From: Dehalococcoidia bacterium
GTDB lineage: Bacteria; Chloroflexota; Dehalococcoidia; UBA2979
Direction of reading: 5' to 3'
Length of the DNA: 64,000 nucleotides
Assembly (NCBI GenBank): GCA_965262725.1
Contig: OZ253555.1
Location: forward strand, 2,592,001-2,656,000
The position numbers were made by a program, and so were the translations under genes. This document shows, one piece after another, positions 18,621 through 28,193 of this stretch; the first letter of the stretch is position 1; each line of letters begins with the position of its first letter. Below the pieces are notes generated by a model. That model was not told the origin of the DNA, searched no databases, and was given only the letters and a program-made list of their open reading frames with translations.

Positions 18621-19107
18621 GCTTCAACTATCGGCGGAACGAGGGCAACAGCACAGACGGCGGCTGCCACAATCGGTTACCTGTTGGCATGAGCGCAATC
18701 GGCAGGCTGGCGCTGGGTCGGGTCAGCGGAGGCAGCAGCGGCGGTCAGTGCATTCGGCTCGCAGAGCTCGCCTACATCCGCAACACGGCCCCGTGGCGGG
18801 TGATGCGAAGGGCTACTCCTGGCGCGAGTCCCATGCGGTCCCGCCGCCGTGCAGGGCCCCCGGCCGCGAGATGGTTGAAACAGGATCCTCGTCCTGTCGC
18901 GGGGCGCGGCGATGTCGGATCAGCGTGCCGACGGGCACTCGGATCCGGCCGGTCAGCCCTGGCAGAGGGACCGAATCGACTCGTACGGACGGGGCCGCCA
19001 TGGACAGCACCCGTCGTGGCGCGTGACGGGCCACGAGTCTGTCCGCTCCTCGGATAGATGGTTTCCTCCGGTAGCGGGGAAAGCCGGTCGTCCGTGGCGC
19101 CGAGGCC

Positions 19108-19632
19108 TCAGGCAGCGACCCACCCTTCAGAGAGGACTTCCGCCTGTTCCAGCACCGTCAGCGTCGCCTGCTCCTGCTTGTCCGGCGGGTAGCCGTGTCG
19201 TCGCAGGATGCGCCTCACCAGGCGGCGAAGGTTGGCGCGCACGTTCTCGCGCAGTGTCCAGTCGATCGTGACGTTGCGGCGGACGGTCTCGACGAGCTCG
19301 CGGGCGATGGCGCGCAGCGCCTCGTCCCCGAGGACCTGCACCGCGCTGTCGTTGGTCTCGAGGGCGTCGTAGAAGGCGAGTTCGTCCTCGGTCGGGCCGA
19401 GCTGCTCGCCGCGCAACGTCGACAGCCCCCGAATGTAGATGAGCTGCCGCTGAGCTTGCCCGGGATTCCCGCGACGCGCATCCAGACGGGCCGTGAAGTA
19501 GTGCACGCCGCGGATGGTGTCGTCGGGGAACAGCGTCGCGGCCAACTTGCGAAGGTCCAGCCACCGGAAGGGAGTGTCCTTGAGGGCACGATAGTAGAGA
19601 TTGAAGCCGTCAACGTAGACGTTGGTGATCAA
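19108..19632 (-). pseudogene. In-frame chimera of a NYN (LabA/DUF88-like) N-terminus and a type I HsdR C-terminus (DUF3387-like)
   Basis: [10 protein letters not shown]...YFTAR...RQLIY then [14 protein letters not shown]...[12 protein letters not shown]...GYPPDKQE; junction near 19413. Confidence 0.85.
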
Positions 19633-19644
19633 TCGCTACCCTCA

Positions 19645-19706
19645 CAGAAAGACAGAGACCGCCGCGAGGGCGGTCTCCACCCTGCCGTCGAATCGGCAGG
19701 GGTAGT
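19645..19706 (-). ncRNA. Putative ~60-nt two-hairpin leader RNA ending in an intrinsic terminator
   Basis: CCCTGCCG-ATTCGA-CGGCAGGG then GAGACCGCC-CTCGC-GGCGGTCTC-TGTCTTTCTG. Confidence 0.6.
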
Positions 19707-19712
19707 CGAATG

Positions 19713-19741
19713 ACACTACCGCGGCCACCGCCCCCCGTCAA
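19713..19741 (-). promoter_or_regulatory. Sigma70-type promoter
   Basis: TTGACG-17 nt-TAGTGT on the minus strand. Confidence 0.7.
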
Positions 19742-19984
19742 CGGATTCGGGACTACTCACATGAGTGGCGTCCGGGGCGCGAGCGGGGCTACCGGAGCGG
19801 AGCGTGTCCCACAACGCGCCTCGGGTGGGGCGGTGGGCTGCATGCGTTGCGCGCCGCCGGCCAACGCCCGGTCGTCCGGCGTCCCGCCGCGTGCTGCGGG
19901 CTTGCCTCCGCGATCTCGCGACGCATGCCGGTGGAATCTGAGCCGGTGTTTCGCGGATCTCACGTCTGGAGCCCTCAGGCCACT

Positions 19985-20329
19985 CGTCGGAGGGATCGCG
20001 GCGATGGAGATGCGGGGCGCGTCAGCCAGTGGGGTCCGTTCGGCGGGCACGTCGAGAGAGGTGAAGAGCTGGAGCAGGCCCTGCGCCGCGAGGCCCGCGA
20101 AGAGCTCGGCATCGACGTGCGGACGTTCAGGCGGCTCGGGAAGATACACGACCCGAAGGACATAGAGCCCGCGGTGATTCATGTCTATACGGTCCTCTCG
20201 TGGGACGGCGAGCCCGCGAACGCGGCACCCGAGGAGCACACGGAGGCACGCTGGTTCCGTGTGGGCGAGTTGCCGGTGTCCGAGGCGCTTGATGCCTATC
20301 GGGCGCTCATCCCCGAGGCGCTACGCTGA
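19985..20329 (+). CDS. NUDIX hydrolase, N-terminus uncertain or truncated
   Basis: Nudix box GGHVERGEELEQALRREAREELG. Confidence 0.75.
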   Translation, partial: RRRDRGDGDAGRVSQWGPFGGHVERGEELEQALRREAREELGIDVRTFRRLGKIHDPKDIEPAVIHVYTVLSWDGEPANAAPEEHTEARWFRVGELPVSEALDAYRALIPEALR

Positions 20330-20873
20330 GTTCCGCGGATCGGACATGACCGGCCTCGCCCCGCCGGTCCGTCGGAACAGGATCGTTGTGACGGATCCCC
20401 AACGTCTGTCGACAGTCGCCTGTGTGGCATTCGCTCTAGCGCTCGCTGTCGCCTGGTCTGGCGCGGAGGATCCGGTTTCACCTCCGACCGCAACCGCGAC
20501 GCCGACTCGGTCGCCCGCGCCCGCCCCGGTCGCACCATCGGCGACTCGGGCACCGCCGACACCCACCGTGGCGACCGCGGCACGAACCCCCGGGCCCCTC
20601 CAAAACCCGTAGAAGCGCCGTCCTTTCAGGCCCACCACAGCTTCGAATTCCCTGAAGACTGTTCGCTGGGTTTCCCGTGCTCGCGCACGTACAGGACATC
20701 GATTGAGTCTAAGCCCGATTACGCCGATTGGCGCTCTGTTCACCCTCATGCTTCTGACGGTGGGCAGCGCCGGGCGGTCCGGCTCGCGCGAAGAGACCGG
20801 CTGTGCGAGGGATCGGCCGCGACGGGATTGAGTGCCGCCCTCGGTGGCCATCCCAGTTGCGCCGCCTCACCAC

Positions 20874-20911
20874 TTCTTGCGCACCAGGCAAGTTCTTGCG
20901 CACCTGGCAAG
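20874..20911. repeat. Tandem 19-bp repeat, possible operator
   Basis: TTCTTGCGCACC(A/T)GGCAAG x2; each unit has a CTTGC..GCAAG dyad. Confidence 0.55.
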
Positions 20912-21036
20912 TCGTTGCTGCTCGGACAACGATGGGTTGTCCGTCGAGATGCGTTTCCGGTAGGCCATCGGGGAGGGGGTCCGGTCACACAGTCAAGCGC
21001 TCCATTACGATTACGTCGATCCCCATAGGAGCGCGA

Positions 21037-23967
21037 ATGACCCCGGCCCCCGACACATCGGCCTCAACGTTCGCCGCCAAGTGGCGAGAGAACGCCCGGC
21101 GTGAGCGCCCTTCATCGCAGGAGCACTTCATCGACCTGTGCCGCCTGCTCGACGTTCCCACTCCGAACGAGAGCGACCCCAGCGGCGACTGGTACACGTT
21201 CGAGGCCGGCGCCGAGCGCACCAGCACAGGCAAGCAAGGATGGGCGGACGTCTGGAAGCGCGGGCACTTTGCGTGGGAATACAAGGGCGCCCACGCGAAT
21301 CTCGCAGCCGCCTACCAGCAGCTCCTCGACTATCGCGAGGCCCTCGAGAACCCGCCCATGCTCGTCGTCAGCGACATGGACGTGATCGAGGTCCGTACCA
21401 ACTTCACAAACACAAGCCGCAAGCTCTACACAGTCACCCTCGCCGACCTTGCCGCGGGTGGTGAGACGACTGCCGAAGTCCTTCGGGTCCTCCGCGCGGT
21501 CATGCTCGAGCCCGAGGTCCTGCGGCCCGAGCACACGCCGGACGAGATCACCAAGCAGGCCGCCACCCGCTTCGCGACGATCGCGCGCTCGATGCACGAG
21601 CGTGGCCACGATCCCGAGGCCGTGGCCCACCACCTGAACCGCATCATCTTCTGCCTCTTCGCGGAGGATGCTCGACTGCTGCCGCAGCGCCTCTTGACCG
21701 GGATGCTCGAGTCGCGGCGCTCCGACCCCCACGAGTTCGCGCGGGGACTCTCCGAGCTCTTCCGCCTCATGTCGGAGCGTGAGGCCGGCCGCTACTTCGG
21801 AAACGAGCGCGTCGAGTGGTTCAACGGGGGGCTGTTCGATGGCCCCGGCGTGATCCCGTCCACGACAGATGAGCTGGCGACGATGCTCGAGGCTGCGCAC
21901 CTCGACTGGTCGCGCGTCGAGCCGGCGATCCTCGGCACGCTATTCGAGCGGGGACTGGATCCGGACAAGCGCGGCCAGCTCGGCGCCCACTACACCGACC
22001 GCGAGAAAATCATGATGATCGTCGAGCCCGTCGTGCTCGAGCCGCTGCGCCGCGAGTTCGACACCGCGCGCGCCCGCGTCGAGGCGCTGATGGCGGGCCG
22101 AGACCCGACTCCGGTCACCCGGGAGGGTCGCCGCCGCGAGCGGCTGCCGGCCTGGGAACGAGGCGCCGAGGTGGAGTGGCGCTCCTTCCTCGACCGGCTG
22201 CGCACCGTGCGCGTGCTCGATCCGGCCTGCGGATCGGGGAATTTCCTCTACGTCACGCTGCGACTGCTCAAGGACCTGGAGCACTCGGTGATCCGTTGGG
22301 GTGCCGAGCGGTTGGGCATCACGGGGGAGTTTCCGCAGATCGGCCCGCACAACGTGCTGGGGATTGAGATCAACCCCTACGCCAGGGAGCTGGCCGGCGT
22401 CTCGATCTGGATCGGACACATCCAGTGGATGCTGGACCACGGCTACGGCTTCCCGCGCGACCCCGTGCTGCAGCCGCTCGACAACATCGAGCTGTGCGAT
22501 GCGATCCTCGCCCGTGACGCCGACGGCATGCCTGTCGCGGCGACGTGGCCGGATGCCGAGTTCGTCGTCGGTAATCCACCGTTCGTGGGAACCAAGCGGA
22601 TGCGCCTCGCTCTGGGAGATGACTACGTGGACGACATCTTCACGGCGTGGAACGGCGAGGTCGCGCGAGAGGCCGATCTCGCGTGCTACTGGCACGAGAT
22701 GGCCCGTCGGCAGATCGCTCGCGGCGCCACGCGCCGTGCCGGCCTGCTCGCGACGAACTCCGTCCGCGGCGGCGCGAATCGCACCACGCTCGATCGCGTC
22801 AAGGAGAGCGGCGACATCTTCACGGCATGGTCCGACGAGCCGTGGGTCGTCGACGGCGCTGCCGTGCGAGTCTCGATCGTGGCGCAGGACGACGGTTCCG
22901 AGGAGCAGCGAATTCTCGACGGAGAGTCGGTCGAGCGAATCAACAGCAACTTGACGACCGGCGTGGATCTCACGCGGGCGCGCATCCTTCCGGAGAATCA
23001 GGGCGTCTCCTTCATGGGGGACACCAAGGGCGGAGCTTTCGACATCCCCGGCGCACTGGCCCGTGAGATGCTGTCGCTCCCGACGAACGTCAACGGTCGC
23101 ACCAATGGCGACGTGGTCGTGCCGTGGCTCAACGGGATGGACATCACGCGACGACCGCGAGGGATGTTCATCATCGATTTCGGCACGGACATGTCCGAAG
23201 CCGATGCCGCGGCATACGAAGCGCCTTTCGAGTACGTCGCGGAGCACGTGCAGCCAGTGCGCGCTCGGGCCCGAAGCACTCAACCACACTGGTGGATACA
23301 CGAGCGTCCCCGGCCGGCGATGCGGGCAGCCTTGGCCCCGCTGTCGCGATTCATCGTTACGCCAAGAGTGGCAAAGCACCGGCTGTTCACTTGGTTCTCG
23401 GCGCCCACGCTCCCGGACAGCGCTACGATCGCGATCGCGCGCGAGGACGACTACGCCTTCGGCGTGCTGCACTCGCGGGTGCATGAGCTGTGGGCGCTGC
23501 GCACGGGGACGTGGCTCGGCGTCGGCAACGACCCACGCTATACACCCACGACCACCTTCGAGACCTTCCCCTTCCCGTGGTCGCTCGACACGCCGGACAA
23601 GGCACTGACGGCGCAGCAGCGAGGGCATCGCGACGCGATCGGCGCCGCGGGGCGGGCGCTGGACGAGGCGCGGCGGCTCTGGCTCAACCCGCCGGAGTTG
23701 GTGCGCGAGGAACCGGACGTGCTGCCCTCGTTCTCATCGCGCTTGATTCCGGTGGACGGGGACGCCCAGCAGCAGCTGCGCCAGCGCACACTCACCAATC
23801 TCTACAATCGGCGCCCCACCTGGCTCGTCAACCTTCACAACGCCATCGATGCTGTGGTCTTCGCCGCCTACGGTTGGCCAGAAGCGGGCGCGCCATGGGA
23901 AGTGGGGGACGAGGAACTGCTGGAGCGGCTCCTAGAGTTGAACCTCGGCCGTGGGGGCCTGTCATGA
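21037..23967 (+). CDS. MmeI-like type IIL/IIG restriction-modification enzyme
   Basis: ADVWK..WEYK nuclease, GAHYT, LDPACGSGNF, VGNPPF, TRD with RYTPTTTFETFPFP, RTLTNLYN. Confidence 0.92.
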   Translation: MTPAPDTSASTFAAKWRENARRERPSSQEHFIDLCRLLDVPTPNESDPSGDWYTFEAGAERTSTGKQGWADVWKRGHFAWEYKGAHANLAAAYQQLLDYREALENPPMLVVSDMDVIEVRTNFTNTSRKLYTVTLADLAAGGETTAEVLRVLRAVMLEPEVLRPEHTPDEITKQAATRFATIARSMHERGHDPEAVAHHLNRIIFCLFAEDARLLPQRLLTGMLESRRSDPHEFARGLSELFRLMSEREAGRYFGNERVEWFNGGLFDGPGVIPSTTDELATMLEAAHLDWSRVEPAILGTLFERGLDPDKRGQLGAHYTDREKIMMIVEPVVLEPLRREFDTARARVEALMAGRDPTPVTREGRRRERLPAWERGAEVEWRSFLDRLRTVRVLDPACGSGNFLYVTLRLLKDLEHSVIRWGAERLGITGEFPQIGPHNVLGIEINPYARELAGVSIWIGHIQWMLDHGYGFPRDPVLQPLDNIELCDAILARDADGMPVAATWPDAEFVVGNPPFVGTKRMRLALGDDYVDDIFTAWNGEVAREADLACYWHEMARRQIARGATRRAGLLATNSVRGGANRTTLDRVKESGDIFTAWSDEPWVVDGAAVRVSIVAQDDGSEEQRILDGESVERINSNLTTGVDLTRARILPENQGVSFMGDTKGGAFDIPGALAREMLSLPTNVNGRTNGDVVVPWLNGMDITRRPRGMFIIDFGTDMSEADAAAYEAPFEYVAEHVQPVRARARSTQPHWWIHERPRPAMRAALAPLSRFIVTPRVAKHRLFTWFSAPTLPDSATIAIAREDDYAFGVLHSRVHELWALRTGTWLGVGNDPRYTPTTTFETFPFPWSLDTPDKALTAQQRGHRDAIGAAGRALDEARRLWLNPPELVREEPDVLPSFSSRLIPVDGDAQQQLRQRTLTNLYNRRPTWLVNLHNAIDAVVFAAYGWPEAGAPWEVGDEELLERLLELNLGRGGLS

Positions 23968-24377
23968 CGTTGCGAAGTGTTTCCGGGTAGGTCGGGACGC
24001 TGCAGCATCTGCTGCCCGCGGCGGCACCCCGCGGAGGATTCGAACCCTCGACCCTCAGTTCCGAAGACTCGCAGTGCTTGCCACTCGAGAGCCGTGCCGC
24101 CCGGCCATGTCTCGCGGGGGCTCCGCGGCCTCCTGCAGAAGCAGGCCATCGGCGTCCATCTCGGGGAGACGGTGCCAGCGGAAGTCCCGTTCCCCGTTGA
24201 GCGTCGCCTCTACGTCGAAGGAGCCGCAGGGCGACCTCCTGACCGCGTCGAGCAGTCGCGGTGGCGAACGCCGCCGTCGCACGCGATCTCGTGGGCTGCA
24301 TGCGGCCGGTCCTCGCGATGTGTTCTCAGCATGCGGAAACACCACCCGGACCCGCGTTGAGCCAATTCTGGCCTCTT

Positions 24378-24446
24378 GGAACGAATCCGGAACGAATCAG
24401 GAACGTTTGGAACTCTCGTGGAACGAATCCGGAACTTTCTGTGAAC
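24378..24446 (+). promoter_or_regulatory. GGAAC direct-repeat array upstream of the transfer operon
   Basis: GGAAC at 24378, 24389, 24400, 24409, 24420 and 24431; TGAAC at 24442. Confidence 0.65.
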
Positions 24447-24506
24447 GCCTGATCGGAGGCTAGCCCTGCATCGCCGCGGCCCGCCAACAAGGGCGAGTGC
24501 GCACCG

Positions 24507-25694
24507 ATGCGGAAGGGGCTGGCCGTGCGGGGTCCGCTGCTCGCCGTCGCCGGAGCGCTCGTCTGCTGGCTGCTGCTGGCCGCGCCCGCCCACGCGGAGC
24601 AGGCGCCGGATCCGCTCGCCGCCCTCACCCGGGCCGGCGCGCCTCTCGTCGCCGCGGCGCCGCCCTCACCCGCCGGCCCCACCGCACCGGCGGCGCCGAT
24701 GGTGGCCTCCGCGACGGCCCCGCTCACGGCACAACCCGGCACCGCCCCCGCGATCGGCATTCCCGGGCTCCCGAGCCCCTCCGACCTGCTGAGCGGGCTC
24801 GACCCGCGCGAGTGGGCGGCCGCGATCCTCGACGGCGTCGTGAGCGCGCTCGGGCGGGAGCTGCTCGGGGCGATGCGCAGCTTCATCGACTGGGCGCTCG
24901 GCTTCGGGGACTCCTCGCTCAACTTCGTGACGCGCACGCCCGCAGCGGGCTCCTACGAGAGCCCGACCGTGCGTGCCCTCTGGGACTTCTCGCGCGCGAT
25001 CGCCAACGCCGGTCTCGCGCTGGTGGTGATGTGGGGCGGCTTCAACGTCATGGTCCGGCAGCACATCGGCAGCCCCTACCACGGGGCGATGGAGCTCCTC
25101 CCTCGCGTCATCCTCGCCGCTCTCGCCGTGAATCTCACGCTCGAGTTCGCGGGCGTCCTCATCGAGGTCAACAACGCCTTCGCTGCCGCGATCGGCCAGG
25201 TCGGCCTGCCCGGCTACGAGCAGGCGAACGTCGCGCAGGAGGGGATCGCGCTCGTCGTCGTCTCGATCGCGTACGCCGTGATGGCGCTGCTGCTGGTCTT
25301 CCAGATGCTGATGCGGCTCGCGCTCCTGGACGTTCTGATCGTGCTCTCGCCGCTGATGGTGCTGCTCTGGGTGCTGCCGCAGACGCAGGGCTGGACGCGC
25401 TGGTGGGCGCATCTCTTCCCGATCACGGTCTTCCAGCAGGTGGTCCAGCTCGTCGTGCTGCGCCTCGGTGCGGCGCTGATGGTCGAGCTGGTGCCCGGCG
25501 GCGCTGCGGACGCGCTGCTGACTCTGCTCCTGGGCATCGCCATCGCCGCCCTGACGCTCCGGGTGCCCTCGCTCCTGCACGGCCAGGTGCAGCAGGCGGG
25601 CACCGGGGCGGGCGTCGCGCTCGTCGTGGCCGGCCGCGTTGCCGGCGTCGCAGCCGGCCGCGGTACCGCCGCCGCCGGCGCGGTGGGGAGGTAG
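24507..25694 (+). CDS. TrbL/VirB6-like polytopic conjugation protein
   Basis: Multi-TM; ELLPRVILAALAVN, MRLALLDVLIVLSPL, WTRWW. Confidence 0.8.
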   Translation: MRKGLAVRGPLLAVAGALVCWLLLAAPAHAEQAPDPLAALTRAGAPLVAAAPPSPAGPTAPAAPMVASATAPLTAQPGTAPAIGIPGLPSPSDLLSGLDPREWAAAILDGVVSALGRELLGAMRSFIDWALGFGDSSLNFVTRTPAAGSYESPTVRALWDFSRAIANAGLALVVMWGGFNVMVRQHIGSPYHGAMELLPRVILAALAVNLTLEFAGVLIEVNNAFAAAIGQVGLPGYEQANVAQEGIALVVVSIAYAVMALLLVFQMLMRLALLDVLIVLSPLMVLLWVLPQTQGWTRWWAHLFPITVFQQVVQLVVLRLGAALMVELVPGGAADALLTLLLGIAIAALTLRVPSLLHGQVQQAGTGAGVALVVAGRVAGVAAGRGTAAAGAVGR

Positions 25695-25697
25695 CCC

Positions 25698-26108
25698 GTG
25701 CTCCAGGCAGCGCTCATCGCCAGCTCGCTCTTGGGCGACCTCCCGCGCGAGGCGATGCGCATCGCCGGCGCGGTCCTGCTGCTCGTCCTCGCCTCCGTGC
25801 TCGTGGTCGTGATCGCCGTGGCGGCGATGGTGGCGACGCTGCTCGCGGCACTTCCCGGCGTCGGCGGTCCCGAACCGCCTCCGCCTCCGCCCGAACACGC
25901 CACTGCCATCCCCGGTGTGAGCGCCGCGAGCGGCGTGCCCGGGGAGCTCCCGGTAATGGCGATCACCCCGGTGGGGCGCGGCTTCGGCGCCCGCGCGGCG
26001 ACACCGCCGCCCGGCGCCGCGCCGGTGCCCGGCCGCGTGAGCCACGCCGCCGAATTCATGACGGCACCCCCGCCCTCGCCGACCGCGTCTGCCGAGGCAG
26101 CGTCGTGA
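25698..26108 (+). pseudogene. Membrane-anchored protein, probably a decayed lytic transglycosylase
   Basis: TM segment, then SAASGVPGELPVMAITPVGRGFG resembling SLT motif I without the catalytic ES. Confidence 0.4.
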
Positions 26109-26647
26109 CCGGGCGCGGACCGGGCTACGCGCTGCTCGCGCTCGCCGCGCTGCTCGTAGCGATGGCCGTCACCTCCGCCTGGAGCGGGGCCTCGCGCCTC
26201 GCCGGGCGAGGTGAGGACGGCGCCGCGCGCGCGGCTGCCGATGCCGCCGCCGTGGAGGCCGCGGCGTCCGCGTTCGTGTCCGCCTACGGCGGCTTCGACT
26301 ACCGCGATCCGGATGGCTACACCGCGCGCCTCGCCGCGCTCTCCGCCGGCGAACTGCGCACCGCGCTCGCGGGCGCTGCGGTCGACCCCGCCGCCACCTC
26401 CGGACGGCGCCGGAGCCGCGCGTCCGTCGAGTCGGTCGCGGTCGAAGCACTCGCCGGCACTGCCGCGGAGGCGACGGTCCGTTCGCTGCAGCAGCGGAGC
26501 TGGCTCGACCCGGCGTCCGGACGCGCCGCCGGGGAGGAGGTCACGCAGGAGGTCCACCTGCGGCTCGTCCGCGAGGGCGGCCGCTGGCTGGTGACGGAGG
26601 TGCTTGTGATTAGCGAGGAGCCGGCCGGCGCACGGGGCGCCGACTGA
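26105..26647 (+). CDS. Bitopic VirB8/TcpC-like (NTF2-fold) protein
   Basis: TM segment, AFVSAYGGFDYRD, LRLVREGGRWLVTEV. Confidence 0.65.
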   Translation: MTGRGPGYALLALAALLVAMAVTSAWSGASRLAGRGEDGAARAAADAAAVEAAASAFVSAYGGFDYRDPDGYTARLAALSAGELRTALAGAAVDPAATSGRRRSRASVESVAVEALAGTAAEATVRSLQQRSWLDPASGRAAGEEVTQEVHLRLVREGGRWLVTEVLVISEEPAGARGAD

Positions 26648-26661
26648 GAAGGGAGCCAGTG

Positions 26662-26892
26662 ATGGAAGAGGTCAACACGCTGTTCGGGAACCTGCTCAAC
26701 ATCGGCATCGGTGTGGCGGCGGCGGTCTCGGCGTTCTTCGTGATGTGGGGGGCCTTCCTCTACATGTCGGCGGCCGGATCGCCGCGCCAGATGGAGGCGG
26801 GCAAGACGGCGATCCTCAACGCGCTCGCGGGGTTTGCGATCGTGCTGCTGGCGCGCACGATCGCCGGCATCGTGCAGGGGGCGATGGCGTGA
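26662..26892 (+). CDS. TrbC/VirB2-like pilin
   Basis: GAFLYMSAAGSPRQMEAGKTAILNALAGFAIV. Confidence 0.85.
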   Translation: MEEVNTLFGNLLNIGIGVAAAVSAFFVMWGAFLYMSAAGSPRQMEAGKTAILNALAGFAIVLLARTIAGIVQGAMA

Positions 26893-27287
26893 TGAGGCGC
26901 CACGAGATCCCGACCCACCTCGGCGTCGCCGACAGGGCCGTCCTCGGCCTGACGATGCGCCAGCTGCTCTCTGCCGCGGCCGGCCTGGCGCTGGCCCACG
27001 GCGCCGCGAGCGACCTGCCGCTGCCCCTGCCCGTCCGCCTCTGCGCGGCCGCGCTCGTGCTGGCCGCGGTGCTGCCGCTCGTCTTCTGGCGGCCCGCGGG
27101 GCGCCCGCTCGAGGAGTGGGTGTTCGTGCTGCTGCGCTACTGGGCCGTGCCCCGCGTCGCCGTGTGGAGGCCGCGTGAGCGTTCCGTGCCTCCGCGCGCG
27201 GCTCGCGAGGTGGTGCTGCGCCCGCTCGCAGCACCACCCGTCCACCCGGTGACGAGGAGGGGAGACGTGCATGCGACCGCGTCCTGA
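26892..27287 (+). CDS. PrgI-family protein
   Basis: HEIPTHLGVADRAVLGLTMRQL, two TMs, GRPLEEW. Confidence 0.85.
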   Translation: MRRHEIPTHLGVADRAVLGLTMRQLLSAAAGLALAHGAASDLPLPLPVRLCAAALVLAAVLPLVFWRPAGRPLEEWVFVLLRYWAVPRVAVWRPRERSVPPRAAREVVLRPLAAPPVHPVTRRGDVHATAS

Positions 27288-27498
27288 CCGGAGACGGCGG
27301 TGGCGGCCGTTCGGGAAGCGCGCTCACCCGGCCGAGCAGCGGGCCGAGCAGCGGGCCCATCAGCGGTCCCATCAGCGGGCACGACGGGAAGCACGCAGGC
27401 AATCGCACCGGATCAGGAGACGCACGTGGCGAGCACGCATGAGGCGCTACCGCTGATGGAACGCGGAGCCCGGCCGGTGACGAGGAAGGGAGTGGCAC

Positions 27499-28193
27499 AT
27501 GTGGTCACGCGGTAGCAGGAGGCGGCGCCTCGCGAGCGTGCAGGAGATCCTGCCGCTGGAGGAGATCGCGGGCGACGTCGTGTGCCTGCGCGGCGGCGAC
27601 TACCGCTGCGTGCTCGAGGCCCAGGGCGTCCACTTCGCGCTGAAGTCGGAGCCGGAGCAGGAGGCGATCCTCGCCGGGTACCGGCGATTCCTGAACGGAC
27701 TCACCTACCCGCTGCAGGTGCTGGTGCGCCTGGTCCCGGCCGACATCGAGGGCTACCTCGCCGGTCTCGGGGGCGCCCGCGCGGGCACGGAGACGCTGCG
27801 GCGGCTCGCGCTCGACCACGAGGCCTTCGTACGGCGCATCGCCCGCGAGCGGACGCTGCTCGACCGCCGCTTCTTCGTCGTCCTGCCGGCGGAAGTGGAC
27901 GCAGCACCCGGGCGGGCCGCGCCGGGCTGGCCGGGCCTGGGCCGGCTGTTGCGACCCGGCACGCAGTCCCCGCGGCAACAGAGCGACCTCGCCCGGGCGC
28001 GCCGCACGCTCTCCTTCCGCTGCGGCGAGGTGGCGCAGGGCCTCGGCTCATTCGGGGTGCGCACGCGGCGGCTCGACGCGGGCGAGCTGGCGGCGCCGCG
28101 AGCGTCAGCGGCTACGAGCCGCCGGTCGCCACGCCCGTCGTCACATCGCCCGCCGCCTTCTCCGGGCGCCGGCAGGAGGCCTCCCGTGCCTAG
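27499..28193 (+). pseudogene. VirB4-associated N-terminal-like protein, apparently frameshifted near 28095 so that it reads into virB4
   Basis: FALKSEPEQEAI..FLNGLTYPLQV; the natural-looking C-terminus (SGYEPPVATPVV...) is in another frame ending at 28193. Confidence 0.55.

Noticed and set aside
24055-24345. Minus-strand ORF present in both ICE-end copies
   Set aside because: Conservation is explained by DNA duplication; no clear start, RBS or motif
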